DNA of 64,000 bases from Zygnema circumcarinatum SAG 698-1b. Taxonomy: Eukaryota > Plantae > Zygnematophyceae. Below, piece after piece: positions 24,683 through 39,800 of the stretch. The first letter of the stretch is position 1; the number at the start of each line of letters is the position of its first letter. A program made the position numbers and the translations under genes. The stretch spans positions 248,001 to 312,000 of the forward strand of contig CM074804.1 of NCBI GenBank assembly GCA_037447605.1. The letters run 5' to 3'. The notes beneath the pieces are model-generated. The model was given only the letters and a program-made list of their open reading frames with translations. It did not search any database and was not told the DNA's origin.

Positions 24683-27600
24683 TCAGGGTCCGATCGTGAT
24701 GACGCGGTCGTTGAGAGCTTGAACGGGCCGCTGCTCCCCTCGCCCACGCCCCCCCCAAAGGTTGGTACAATGGAAGGAAAGGAAGGAAAGGAGGAGGAAA
24801 GAAAGGAGGAGGAAAGAAAGGAGGAAGGACGAGGTAGGAAAGTAATAGAACAAGGCAGGCACCTAATAAGCACACCCATTCAGTGCAGGGCTTCTGAAAC
24901 TTGCACGAAAAGACAAAGCACATGTTAAAGAAAGTGCTCACAGAGTTCAGTCCGAGCGTTCTTTTGTCTCCGACATAAGTCATGAACTCCACCACCTGCT
25001 CTCCCGGAATCTTGAGCGGATTCGCTGCACGGAGAAACACAGCAACACGTTGAGAGTTAAGCATTTCAAGCACGAGGAAATGGAGCAAGAACAAGTGAAA
25101 TCTAGTTAGATAGAGAGGGATTTGAAGCCATGGAAGGTGTGATGATGATTCTCCTCTCACCCAGCAGAAACCAGTCCACTCCTTCCGAGCAGGGAGGCGT
25201 TGTAAGGGACCCGCTATAGTTCATGTATGAGTACTTGCCACCCTGCATGCATGCAAATGGCCAGAGAGGGGAAAGGAGAGAGGGGAGAGATTAGAAGGAA
25301 AGGATGGGCAGAAGGGAGATACGGGGGAGAGGCAGAATCAGGAACTGCGGAAGGGGAGACGAAAGGGGAGAAGGAGAGCGAGAGGGAGAGAGGGAGGTAG
25401 AGTGATAGTGGGAGAGGGTATGAGAGCTGGGTGGGCAAGGATAATGAGAAGGGGAAACTGTGGGGTTGGGTGGGCAGAAGGAGACGGAAAACCCTAGAGT
25501 TAGAAAGACATGCACGACAATTAAAGGTTACGCCAGTTGGAGAAAGAAAAATGAGATGAAAGCAGTGGAATAGGAAAACAGCAAAAAGAGAGAGCGAACG
25601 GATTAAAGAGGGCGGGAGCAGAAGTGAAGCCGAGGGACTGCGAGAGCCTGTTGTACGGCAGTTCAAGAGGGAGGAGTGGAAAGACATACAGAAAGGAAGA
25701 ACGAAAAGGAGCTGACAGAGGAAGCAGGCTGAATTGGGCGAGGATGAACATGGAGAGACCAGAGAGAGGGAGGGAGAGAGAGGGAGAGAGATAGAGAGAG
25801 GGAGAAAGAGAGAGAGGGAAAGAAAGAGAGAGAGAGAGAGGGAAACAGAGGGAGGGCGCACCTCTTCTGGCTCTGGAAGAAGCTGAGCAGGATTGATTTC
25901 TAGGGAAGGGCAAAGCCTCTGCTTTGGATCAGGTCTGAAGAAGCACGAAACTGGAGCAGCACTGCACACAAACACCGTTTTTCAAAGTTTAACATCATAA
26001 AGTCAACTGTACGTTTTTCTAAAGAAGTTGAACAGGGAAGCATGTCTGCCGGACCCAAAAGCTGCATTGGTTTAAACCATAAAAGGAGGACTTCCAACAA
26101 GCGTAATGGACAGTACCACATTAATTTCAAGTATAACAAAGGAAGCCTTTCGCTACCGACCTCCTCAAAAATTTCCAGAGAGAAGGTCCAAGTCTGAAAT
26201 ACTTACACTCGTTTGCTCTTCACGTCAGGTCCGAACTCAAGGCCTGCTTGAAGGCAAGGGTTGCGATATGCCCTCGGATCCGAAAAGAGCATCACCCTGC
26301 AAAAGGCCAAAAACTATATCAGGAAAGGGAAATCAAACTCTGCATTAACATTTACAGTTTGTTTGAAGATGTCTTTTCTTCTAGATATGTTGTGTTTTTC
26401 GAACCAGCTTCTGCCACTTGTCATGAAACTATTCGTCCTCACCCGATCACCGCCAGCTTCCCCCTGGAGTCACCTGCACCGAAAGGAAATAAACCCACAA
26501 TCGGTCATTGGCATTTTCCCTTTGAATAGCCAAAAACAGTTCAAATAAACGAGCATTCAAACAACCAAATGATGGAATTACATATTAGGAAAGAACATGA
26601 AAATGCACGCCTCCCCTTTCGCCCTCGCCCTCTCTCGCTACCCCTCTCCTTCCTCCTCTCCTTCCCATTCCCGTCCTCCTCCCACTCCCACTCCCCCTTC
26701 CCCTTCCCCTCCACCTCCGTCCCTCTACCCCTTACCCCCCATCCCGCTCCCTCTTTTCCTCTCTAACCGCCCTCTCTCCCTCGCCAACAGAGGACGGATC
26801 CGTACGGTGCACGAGATGAGCCTCCATGGCGGAGCGTTGTCCCGCGAACGAGTGTTCGCTGGGCGCGTGGAAGTGGTACTGAAGGAGGTCCAAAGTGCGG
26901 TCGGCGATCTGGACCCGGTTCACTCCGCTCAGGAAGTCCACCTGCGAAGGAGGGAGGGAGGGGGGGAGAGAGTGGGAGGGGCGGGGGGGAGAGAAAGAGA
27001 GAGAGAGAAAGAGAAGATGAGTGAGCGAGAGAGAGATGTGAAGGAAAAGGGAAGACTGAGAGGAATATGGATGCAGTCAACTCTGACTTGATCACTTGAT
27101 CACATTCTTTTCGTAAAGTACTTTCCTCTATTCCCTCTCATGTGCACTATCGCCTTCCTGCGTCTCCTGTCTTTCACAAACTCGGCCACTCTCCCTCTTC
27201 CCTTCCACTTCCTTGTCTCCTCTCCGCCTCCCCCTCCTTCTGACACCCACATCCACTCCCGCCTTCCTTTCTTTTCAGCGATCTACCTCTCGATCACTCC
27301 CTCCCTCTTCCTGATCCTCCCCTTGTCCCCTCCGTCTTCATTCCTCCCTTGCTACCTCCCCTCCTATTTGCCTCCCTCCCCCCCTCTCCCTTCCTACCCC
27401 CTCCCCGACCTTCCCTTCCCTCCCTCCCTCCCACACGCCATCCACCCCCTCTTTCGCCCCCCTACTTCTCTTTACCCCCCCCCCCCCGCCGTCTCCAACC
27501 CCGCCCACCGCAACTCTTCCACCGACCTGCATAGTTCCGTGCCCCGTGTTAAAGAAGCTGGGAGCCTCCGGGCGGTACAGAAAGCGCAGCTCCCCAAAGT

Positions 27601-28102
27601 CCGACTTCGCGGTGACCGACGAAGAGTCCTTGGGCATGTCGATCGGAGACTGCTTCGTTCCCGTGGCGCAGAGAGACCCCCACTGCGAGGGACCCGCCAT
27701 GCTTCCATAGCTCCAGTCCTCCGCCATGGCGGGAGCAGGGCGGCTCAGAAGGGCGCAGGCAGGGCAAGCCATGGCGGCGGCGGAACCGGCGAGGGAGATG
27801 AGCTGGCGACGGCGGATAGGCCCACGTGGAGGGCAGGGTGTGGGTGAGTGGGAATGTGGGGTGGTGGGGGGCGGGGACGGAGGAGGAGGGGAGGAGGAGT
27901 TGATGGAGAGAGAGCGTGGGGAGCGAGAGGAGAGGTGGTGGATGGGGAGGAAGTTGGCGGGCCACGTGGCGGCGGCATTGGAAAGGCTGCCGGGAAGTGA
28001 GAGAGTATCGGGGGAGTAGGAGTCGTCGAATCTATGGTGACCGGGAAGGAAAGCGGAGCATTTTGAAAAGGAGAAGGCGACGGAAGCCATGGCTGTTGCC
28101 AT
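24683..28102 (-). CDS. CAH3: Alpha-carbonic anhydrase with a bipartite chloroplast/Tat lumen presequence (CAH3-like), ~372 aa
   Basis: 8 exons in phase: 28102-27527, 26941-26806, 26473-26443, 26296-26207, 25934-25862 (acceptor could also be ~25960), 25242-25161, 25024-24942, 24730-24683. Motifs WSYG..GPSQW, QSPID, QYHFHAPSEH, EAHLVH (three Zn-His), YSGSLTTPPCSEG, NSRPVQALNDR. Signal RRRQLISLAGSAAAMACPACALLSRPAPAMA|EDW. The alpha-CA call is firm; orthology to CAH3 is inferred. Confidence 0.9.
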
Positions 28103-28199
28103 GGCTGCTGCAGTGGGCGAGATAGTGGAAGAGGGAGAGTGGGAGAGGGAGAGTGGGAGAGAGGTGGGAGCGAGGCCCGACATAGAGCCAGAGGTGGGC

Positions 28200-29005
28200 T
28201 GAGCTCATGCGTGACGTTATGTCATGTCACGTCACGTCGCATAAACCTACGTCGTGTCACGTAGCGTAACGTCACGCCACGCTGACACGCGGGAGTTTGG
28301 GCCACAGATTGCGGATGAGCCGCGGGCCGACGCGGATAATCCGACCGCAGGAGGTGACGTGGTGCTGCGCCATTGGCTGACCTCCACATATGGCGGCTCA
28401 GCCAATGAGATGCGTTAGAGGCAAGTGCGAGTAAGTCATCTGATTGGGGCCCCGTTAGAAAAAACATGTAAGCCAATGATCTGCTGCCTTTACACGTGCA
28501 AAAGTACGATCTTATCGGATTTATGTCGGTCAAGCGCCGGATGCGGGGAGTAATTCACAATTTGGAAACGTGGCAAACAGCGATTGGCCTGAATTTCTGG
28601 AAGCCAAAAACTTCCGTACGCAAAAAGTGCACGCGGTTTTGAAGAGGGTGATGACGTGGCAATCTCCCATTGGATAGACACAAAAATGTAAAAGCCCTTG
28701 TCGGATTTCGAATCGCTTTTTGACTTTTTTCCGAATTTCGCAGATCTTTTGCGGCGATGCTGTTACTGTCGAAATGTTGCGCATGGAACGGCGTTGAAAT
28801 TGAATCACGGGAAGAGGAACTGTCGGCATGGATACAACCGTTACGGGCGAACGGAACTTAGCGGATGCATGTCGGGGCACGCGGCCACGTTGTTGTGCCC
28901 GTGAATGGTTCAAACTTGGAGAGTGAATTGCTAGTTCAACAACATCTTGCGCTTCCTAAAATATCGAGATATTCCTCTTCAAACCGTCCTTGGTAATGAC
29001 GTGGT
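28200..29005. promoter_or_regulatory. ACGT-core and CCAAT-rich region upstream of the alpha-CA
   Basis: Repeated GTCACGT at ~28225-28275; TGACGTGG near 28355, 28652 and 28997; CACGTG at 28493; several CCAAT/ATTGG motifs. Confidence 0.4.
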
Positions 29006-29158
29006 AATCGCAAAAATGGCACAACAAGAACAATCATGTAAATTCCGACCAAAAATCTCGTGGTTCATGGTTCACAGACATTTGTTGTAGGGTTTACTTG
29101 CATGGGCCTACGGTACAACGGGTCGCATGTCGCATAAAATGTTGCATTTTACGCAATA

Positions 29159-29291
29159 GGGGGTGTCAGACTTGAGGCTTGTTCGTAAGTTTCAGACCAG
29201 AACGAGTACTTCGGTGAAATCGCGACCCTAGAGCGGCGGAGTACTTCCGCAACTTTTTTATTCATAAGATTTTGTTGAATTTGACACCCCC
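29159..29291. mobile_element. 133-bp MITE-like element
   Basis: Terminal inverted repeat GGGGGTGTCA...TGACACCCCC, with TA on both flanks. Confidence 0.5.
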
Positions 29292-29488
29292 TAATTCGGT
29301 TGCTACTGAAGACTTGATACCGACGGAAGCTTTTCCTTTTTACGGAAATACAGATACTGTCCTAACGCTTTCTCCGATACACATGAACATGCTCTGCAGC
29401 TGTGAGAGCTCCATTCAAAATCGACATAGACTCTCAACAGTAAGAGCGAGAGAGAGAGAGATAGAGAGCGAGAGAGAGAGCGAGCAAG

Positions 29489-32429
<2,941 letters not shown>

Positions 32430-32446
32430 CTCCCTCCCTGCAGAAT

Positions 32447-35400
32447 TCAAGTCATGTTCGCCGCCCACTCCATGATGTGCGAGTACACCCGATTCCCCCC
32501 AATGTCCTCCCCGGAACTCCCCGTCGCCACTCTCAGTATATCCTCTATGAGAGCGAAGTTCCCCATGATGTCGACATGGCTCGCGCTTTGTGTCCCTCTC
32601 CCCTCCAATAGGCTCGTGGGGGGAGCGTGGTTGTACTCCCTCAAGTACACCTTTGACCCGGAGGGGTTGAACCTGGTCCTGCCCTTCCATCCCTTTGCGC
32701 ACATGAACCCCGCGCTAAGGGCGGGGACCGTTTCGTCGCCGTCGACGAGGAAGGCGCCGTCTTGAAGGCAGCCGACCTGCTCGCCCTTCACGCTGTTGGA
32801 GTCGACGGAGGCATCAATACGGAACGGGATCAAGCATGTGTCGTTGTAGGGGGAGAGCTTGTATATGTAGGCTCGTTCCGTTAGGAGGCCGACTCCGTAT
32901 AGGCAGTAGATTTCCAAGTCGGGAGCTTCGGGTAGTCTGTAAGAGTAAGCAATGCTAGAGTGAGAAAAAAAAACTGCCAAGAAACGAAAGATACTGCACA
33001 GATTACATGTAATTAGAAAGAGGAAAAGTACCGAAAAGACCAAAAAACCCACACAGAAACAAGGAGAGAGAAACCCTGCATTCATACCTTGTTTCAAGAG
33101 GGTTCGACCAATGTTTTGGGTGCGTGTACTTTGGGTCATCTAAATCGTCGGCGATTCCAAGGCCCCAATTTGCATCCGATCTCGCCATCATTTTGGGCGC
33201 CACTCTCCTTAGGAGGTCCGGCAGGTCCCCCGCGGTGTAGACTCCCCTCTGAGCCACGTCCTGAACTGTGCGCCAAGACATTTCCTGATACTCCGTCCAC
33301 ACCTCTCCACAGGTCAAATTCCGCGCCTTTCCAGAAGCTTCCGAGCCTTCTCCCGCCTGTACCGTAGCTCAAACGAAGGCGGAGAGAGACAGACAGAGAG
33401 AGAGAGAGAGAGGAAAAAAAGGTGGAGGAAAGAGGAGGGGGGGGGAGGGGAGTGAGAGTTGCAGGGGTTGAAGGAGATTAAGGAGGTTTAGAGTACTCTA
33501 GGTTGATGGGGTGTAAGGAAGAGTGGACGGGAAAGTTCTCTATAGAACAAAGCTGCTTTGATGGTAGCATGCTGAAATCAGCAACATGCACTACGGTGAA
33601 TCACAGTATCACTCTGATCTAACCTCTCTTCCCTTCCCTCTCGCCCTCTCGTCCTACCACTCTCTTCCTCCGATCTCTCTGGAACTGTTGCTCCCCCTCC
33701 CCCCTCTCCGCTCCCTCTCCCGCTCTCCCCCTCCCCCCTCCCCCTCCTCCTAACCCTCCCTCCCTCCCCCCTCTCTCTCTCTCACCTGCAAGTTTCCATA
33801 GGCAACCGGCTTTGGTAGCTCCTCAGCCGGAAGCAGCGATGCATCCCTTCCAAAGGCCACCTGTCATCATCCCATTTGGAGACCCTTCTCATACTCAGAG
33901 AGATATTTCACCTCCCACCCCCGCCCGTAAAAAAAAAGGGAGCTTCCAACATCCCCTACCTTCCCGAAAGCGATAAAAATGCTCTCTACTCACAATTCTG
34001 CCATAATGTGCTCTCCTCGTCCGCGGAGCGTCCTTGGCTGCTCTTCTATCTCCTCTCTCCTTCTCTCCTTCTGTCACATTGGGACTGTTTGGACAGCCAC
34101 AGTCAAAGCCCTGTTCTGGGGACCAATCAAGGCCTCCCCATATGGCATCTCCTCCCTTGGGAATCATAGACATAGTGGAATCCCACGTACGGGAGACTCT
34201 CATCACATGTTGGAGAGTCTGCAGGGTGTCCAGGAGTGGAGCAGGAGCTATTTCCCTGATCCAAAACAAAAGGAAGGCAAACAAGGGTGGACATGGTTGG
34301 AATGGAGTGTCTGAACTGAGCAGCAGGGAGGCAAAGTTCTTACACTGTCTCTCTCTCTCTGCTTGTCTCTACTCCCTCTCTCGCTCTCTCTCTCCACTTT
34401 CACTTCTTTCTCTCGCTCGTCTGATCTCATTCCTTTGACTGCGTTCACTATTTTCTTCGACTTCGCAGCACCTTCATTCAACTCTCCTCTCCACCTCTCC
34501 TTCCATTAAACTACGTCTCACTCACCCTCTCCCTCTACCATCCTTCCTTCTTCTCCATTCTCCCTTTCCCATTACTGTACTGTTCCTCTCACTGATACCG
34601 CTCTCCGTCTTCCCCTCCCTCTCCCCGTCCGCTTCCCTCCCATTGCTATCCCTTTCCACATTAGTTACCCCACTTCCTCTCACTTCCCTCGCTGCCTCTT
34701 CCACTCCCTTCCACTCCCTTCCACTCTTTCTCCCAGATAGACACTCTCCAGCTCTTTCCTGTTCTTCCGAGTTCTCCCCCACCTCCTACCTTTCCCTCCT
34801 CCCTCTCTCTCCCTCCATTCGACCGCACACTTTGCTCGCACACCCCCCATCTCTCTCTCTCTCTCTCTCTCCCTCTCTCTCTCTCACTCCCCCCGGAGCG
34901 GGTACCTTGCCACAGCTATATCCTTCGCTTCCGCAGAGAAGATTCCGCTAAAGGCTTTCGGAACGCCAAGGAGAGGACCTCCAATGTTCATCACCGCCTT
35001 TATGTTATTGGCGACCCACTGAGGGCCTCCCCCTCCTCCCGCAGGCGGAGGAGCTTCAACCCATTTAAGAAAAAACAGAAAATAAAGCGCTCCCATAGAA
35101 TGGGGTACCACAACCACTTTTTGGCCATAGTTGCTCTGCATAAAAACCGCTCCTTTCCCTCATCATTACTAAGTTTTACACTCTGATTGTTTTGCACGAA
35201 ACAATTAGTTGCGGGTTTGAAGATTTCAGCTCTCGTTTATTTCAAGCTAAAAGGTGAAACTCTAAAGGACATGTTTCTTGCGTAGCTATAAAATTCTATG
35301 ATGTTTAACGTTTCAGGGTACAAAAAGCAGAAAAAAATGTTCTTACCTCCACGAGAACTTCAATGGCTGCTTTGAGTCTACTCAAGCTTCGGTCCCGCAC

Positions 35401-35625
35401 CTGCAAGTAAACACATTTTCCACATGCAGATAAGATGGAAATCCTGAAAAGTCCCCATGCTATTGCACACTAAAGAGAAAGAGAGACAGAGACAGAGAAA
35501 GAGAGAGAGAGAGCGAGAGGAGGGGGGGGAAGAGTGAGAGAGAATGCTGAATTACTTGATCGCGCATACTAGTGCTTAAGACTTTGAATCTTACCTGCGT
35601 GTTGAGAAATGACAACCGCCAATCA
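32447..35625 (-). CDS. PDAT: Phospholipid:diacylglycerol acyltransferase (PDAT), 3' portion; 5' portion is lost at the scaffold gap
   Basis: Exons (gap)-35595, 35400-35347, 35135-34906, 34255-33994, 33860-33786, 33356-33088, 32936-32447. Motifs [28 protein letters not shown] (Ser), [36 protein letters not shown] (Asp), SHVDIMGN (His). Confidence 0.95.
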
Positions 35626-35725
35626 NNNNNNNNNNNNNNNNNNNNNNNNNNNNNNNNNNNNNNNNNNNNNNNNNNNNNNNNNNNNNNNNNNNNNNNNNNN
35701 NNNNNNNNNNNNNNNNNNNNNNNNN
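35626..35725. other. 100-N scaffold gap
   Basis: N run; it cuts a PDAT exon. 10-N gaps also occur at 5138, 57302, 58523 and 59744. Confidence 1.
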
Positions 35726-36700
35726 CGCAAGGGCCTGAGGCCACAAAGAGGCCACAAGGGCCACAAGAGGGCCTGAGGGCCATAGGGCCACCAAAGGGCC
35801 TAAGAGGCCACCAAGGGCCCTGAAGGCCACAAGGCCTGAGGCCACAAAGGCCCACAAGGAGCCTGAGGCCTGAGGCCCTAAAAGGCCTCAAAGAGGCCAC
35901 CAAAGGGGCCACCAAGAGGCCCTAGGGCCACAAGGGCCACCAAGGCCACAAGGGCCACAAGAGGGCCACTAAGAGGCCCACAAAGGGCCTGAGAGGCCAC
36001 AAAGGGCCACAAGGGCCACAAGGGCCACAAGGGCCACAAGGAGCCCACAAAGGGCCACAAAGGCCCAGGGCCACAAGGGCCTGAGGCCAACAAGGGCCAC
36101 AAGGGCCACAAGGGCCACAAGGGCCATAAGGGCCTGGGCCACAAGGCCACAGGGCCTGGGGCAAGAGGCCTGAGGCCATAAAGAGGCCACAAGGGCCACA
36201 AGGGCCACAAAGGGCCTGAGGCCGCCTTTAAAGGCCTGAGGCCGCAAAGGGTGCAAAGAGGCCACAAGGGCCTGAGGCCTGAGGCCACAAGGCCTGGGAC
36301 CACCAAGGGCCACTGAGGCCTGGGAGGCCACCAAAGGAGCCCTGAGGCCATAAAGGGCCTGAGTACAAGACCCTGAGAGGCCCTGAGGCCTGAGGCCACT
36401 GTGACACAAAAGGGCCACAAGGGCCACAAAGGCCTAGAGGCCGCAAGACCCGCAAGGGCCACAAAGAGGGCCGCAAGACCCAAGGCCTGAGGCCACCAAG
36501 GGCCTGGGGCCTCAAAGGCCATAGAGGCCACAAAGAGGCCTGAGGGCCTGGGCCTGAGGGCCACAAGGGCCACAAGGGCCTGAGGCCACAAAAGGCCCTG
36601 AGAGGCCACAAGGGCCTAAAGAGGTAGGAGCCCTAAGGGCCTGAGGCCACAAAGAGGCCTGAGGCCCTGAGAGGCCCTGAGGAGCCACAAGGCCTGAGGC
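35726..36700. repeat. Degenerate GC-rich minisatellite built from AAGGGCCAC/GGCCACAA and GGCCTGA units
   Basis: Read directly; includes runs of perfect 9-mer AAGGGCCAC. Confidence 0.92.
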
Positions 36701-36879
36701 CAGGTTTGTTCTTAGAGTGGTCTTAGCAGGTTCTTGCTGATGTGGATGGATAATCTGAGATAACTTCTTCTCTTTAGGCCTTGTTCCTCTCCGTCTCTTT
36801 CCCATACTCCTTTTTCTTGCCACCCCCATTTTATCCTCGTCTCCCTCCTCTCCTTCCTAATTTCCCTATTCCACCTATG

Positions 36880-39800
36880 CATGCATTATGAATACTCGAA
36901 CATCGCGTTTCTTTCATCAACGACGTGGCGCAACTCCCAATTCGTACCCCAATCCACACGTCTACTTCGGCACCTGCGTTTGGAAACACCTCTTATTTGT
37001 TGTCTAGGGAGAGGGAGCGGGAGAGAGAGAGGTAGTGAGAGTGGGAGATGGAGAGGGATAAAGAGAGGGAGAGGGAGAGGCAGTGGGATAAGAAGAGGCA
37101 GTGGGAGAGGGAGAAGGTAAGAGAGAGGAGGCAGTATGGGTGTTAGGTGGAGAGGGAGAGACAGTGGGAGGGGGGGAGGGATAAAGAGAGGGAGAGGGAT
37201 AAAGAGAGGGAGAGGCAGTGGGAGATGGAGAGGGAAAGGGAGAAGCAATGGAAGATGGAGAGGGAAAGGCAGTGGGAGATGGAGATGGAGAGGGATAGGG
37301 AAGATGGAGAGGGAAAGGCAGTGGGAGATGGAGATGGAGAGGGATACAAGAGAGGGAGATGCAGTGGGAGATGGAGAGGGAAAGGGAGAAGCAATGGGAG
37401 ATGGAGAAAGAAAAAGGGAAAGAGCAGTGGGAGTGGGAGAAAGGAGAGAAGCTGATGGGAGAAGGGGAGGGAGGAGGGAGGAGGGGAGGGAGAAAGGGGA
37501 GGGAGGGAGAGGGAGGAGGAAGAATAGTAGGAAGAAAAGGAGAGGAATAAAAGAAGGAAAGCGGTTGGAGCTGGTGAGGGAAAGGGAGAGGCAGTGGGAG
37601 TGGGAGAGGGAGAGGCAGTAGGAGAAGGGAGAGGGAAAAGGAGTAAGAGCGGTAGTCAGCGAGAGTGAGGGAGTCGGGGGGAGAGAAAAAGAAAGAGAGG
37701 GAGAAAAAACAAGAGAGAAAACAAAAGATAGAGAAAGAACTAGGAGGGAAAAAATAGAAAACTCACCAAGCAAACGAGGACACTATCCATCAGTGATAGG
37801 AAGCCGACCGTTGTTGTTATTCGTTTCCAAGCATACTCTCTTGATGCTTTCACAGAAATTGTTGTGCCGACCCTCTTTCTGCCCACTCTTTGTCTGGCAA
37901 TGTAAACGTGTTACTTGTCTCCCCATCATCTTCTCCCTCTTCCCATTCGTCTCTCAAATCAGCAAGCATGTTGTGTAAGATAACACATGCTTCTACTCTC
38001 TCTATAACAGGTAGTAATTCTTTTTTCTTTCGAACTTGTTGTGGTAGCAATTTTAAAGATGCGAATCTACTCTTAATAATCCCTATTGTGTGCTCATTTC
38101 GCACCCTAACTTTTGCAATACAGTAGTTAAATTCTGTATTTTCTCGAAAGATAGTGTGGGGATGCTTATATGGAACTAACATCCTTGTAGTTAACTTATA
38201 GCCTGCATCCCCTATAAGATACTGTCCTCTTGAGAAGAACTTTTCAGGCTGTTGACTTATAGCCATAGTACTAAAGACATAAGAATCTGCACATGAACCA
38301 GCGTAACCAACTTGAAACCCTATGATACGCTTATCCATATCACAAATAACTTGCATGTTAAGTGAGTATCGACATTTTCTGTCGAAATAAACTTCCCCAT
38401 CTTCCCCTGGCCGTTGTGATAAAGGTAAAACCGTCCCATCTATAAACCCAACACAGCCTGGAAATCCTTCTTTTTCTAAAGTCTTTGATATTTCTTGTCT
38501 TCTGCAAGCATTTGGCCACACAACCCATTCTTTTGAAAGAGATCTAAGTGCCTTTACAACTCGCTTTGTGAACAAAAATGTAGTCCCTTCTCCAATCCCA
38601 AACAATCGGGCTATCTCCCCGTGACTTGCCCCATTCCCGTTATGTCCTAATCTATATAATGCTATAGCTACTTGATAATGTACAGCAGTTTGAGGACACC
38701 TACTACCATTTTAAAAGCTTTATCTTTTTAACTAATTTAACAAGTTATTGCAAATGCGGTTGTCTTGATGCGAAAAGGTTTGCGAAAGCTACTTTAGATC
38801 CATATATAAGCTATGGTAAAATGAAATGCTTGAGAACTCTTCTTCAAGTTTAGACGGTCATGAAGATACCGTGTACCTTCAATATTCTTGTACAATCCAA
38901 ACAAAAATTGTATCTCTCTTACTTCCTTTGAAGACTGCATGTTGTTCCTCTCTTTCTTGCAAAAAGCGTAGACTATCAAGCCCATCTGATGAAGCATGTG
39001 TGATGCTTTATGTGGTGGAGGCATGGTGACACGGCCTTGATGTTATAAAAACCAAAGACAAAGGGAATAATGACTATTTGAAAGTCACGATAGAGAGGAG
39101 GAGAATAGAGAGTGGGAGTGGGAGAGAAGCTGATGGGAGAGGAGAAAGGAGAGGAGAGGGAGAGTGCAGGAGAAAAGGGAGAGGGAGGCAATGGGACAGG
39201 AGGGAGAGGGAAGGCTGATGGAAGAGGAGAGGGAGGGGGGGAGAGGGAGAAGGTAAGAGGGAGGAGGCAGTATGGGTGTTAGGTGGAGAGGGAGAGATGG
39301 AGATGTAGTGGGAGAGGGATAAAGAGAGGGAGAGGGATAAAGAGAGGAAGAGGCAGTGGGAGATGAAGAGGGAAAGGAGAAGCAATGGGAGATGGAGAGG
39401 GAAAGGCAGTGGGAGATGGAGAGGGATAAAGAGAGGGAGATGCAGTGGGAGACGGAGAGGGAGAGGCAGTGGGATAGGGAGAGGCAGTGGGAGAGGGAGA
39501 AGGAAAGAGATAGAGGCTGTGGGAGTGTTAGGTGGAGAGGGAGCGGCAGTGGGAAAGGGAGAGTGAGAGGCTGGCGTGGCTAGGAGTATGACATTAATCT
39601 TTGTAGCTGGACGTGATCTTTTTACGGCTCCTGACTTTTGGTCTTCTATGTTTAGGTTTCATCCTCCTTGTTTTCTAGAGAGTAGAGTCTTACGGGAGAG
39701 TCCGGCGGGAGCCAGTCGGAAGAGTCGACCGTGTGTGGTTGTGGAGGCGAGGCCCTCCGAGGTCCCGGTCAATGGCGCCCACAGCGAGCGTCTGCGAGAG

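Noticed and set aside
35878-36829. WPLWPL/GPCGPC-rich ORFs resembling collagen or structural proteins
   Set aside because: All frames are open because of the minisatellite; no start context or splice structure.
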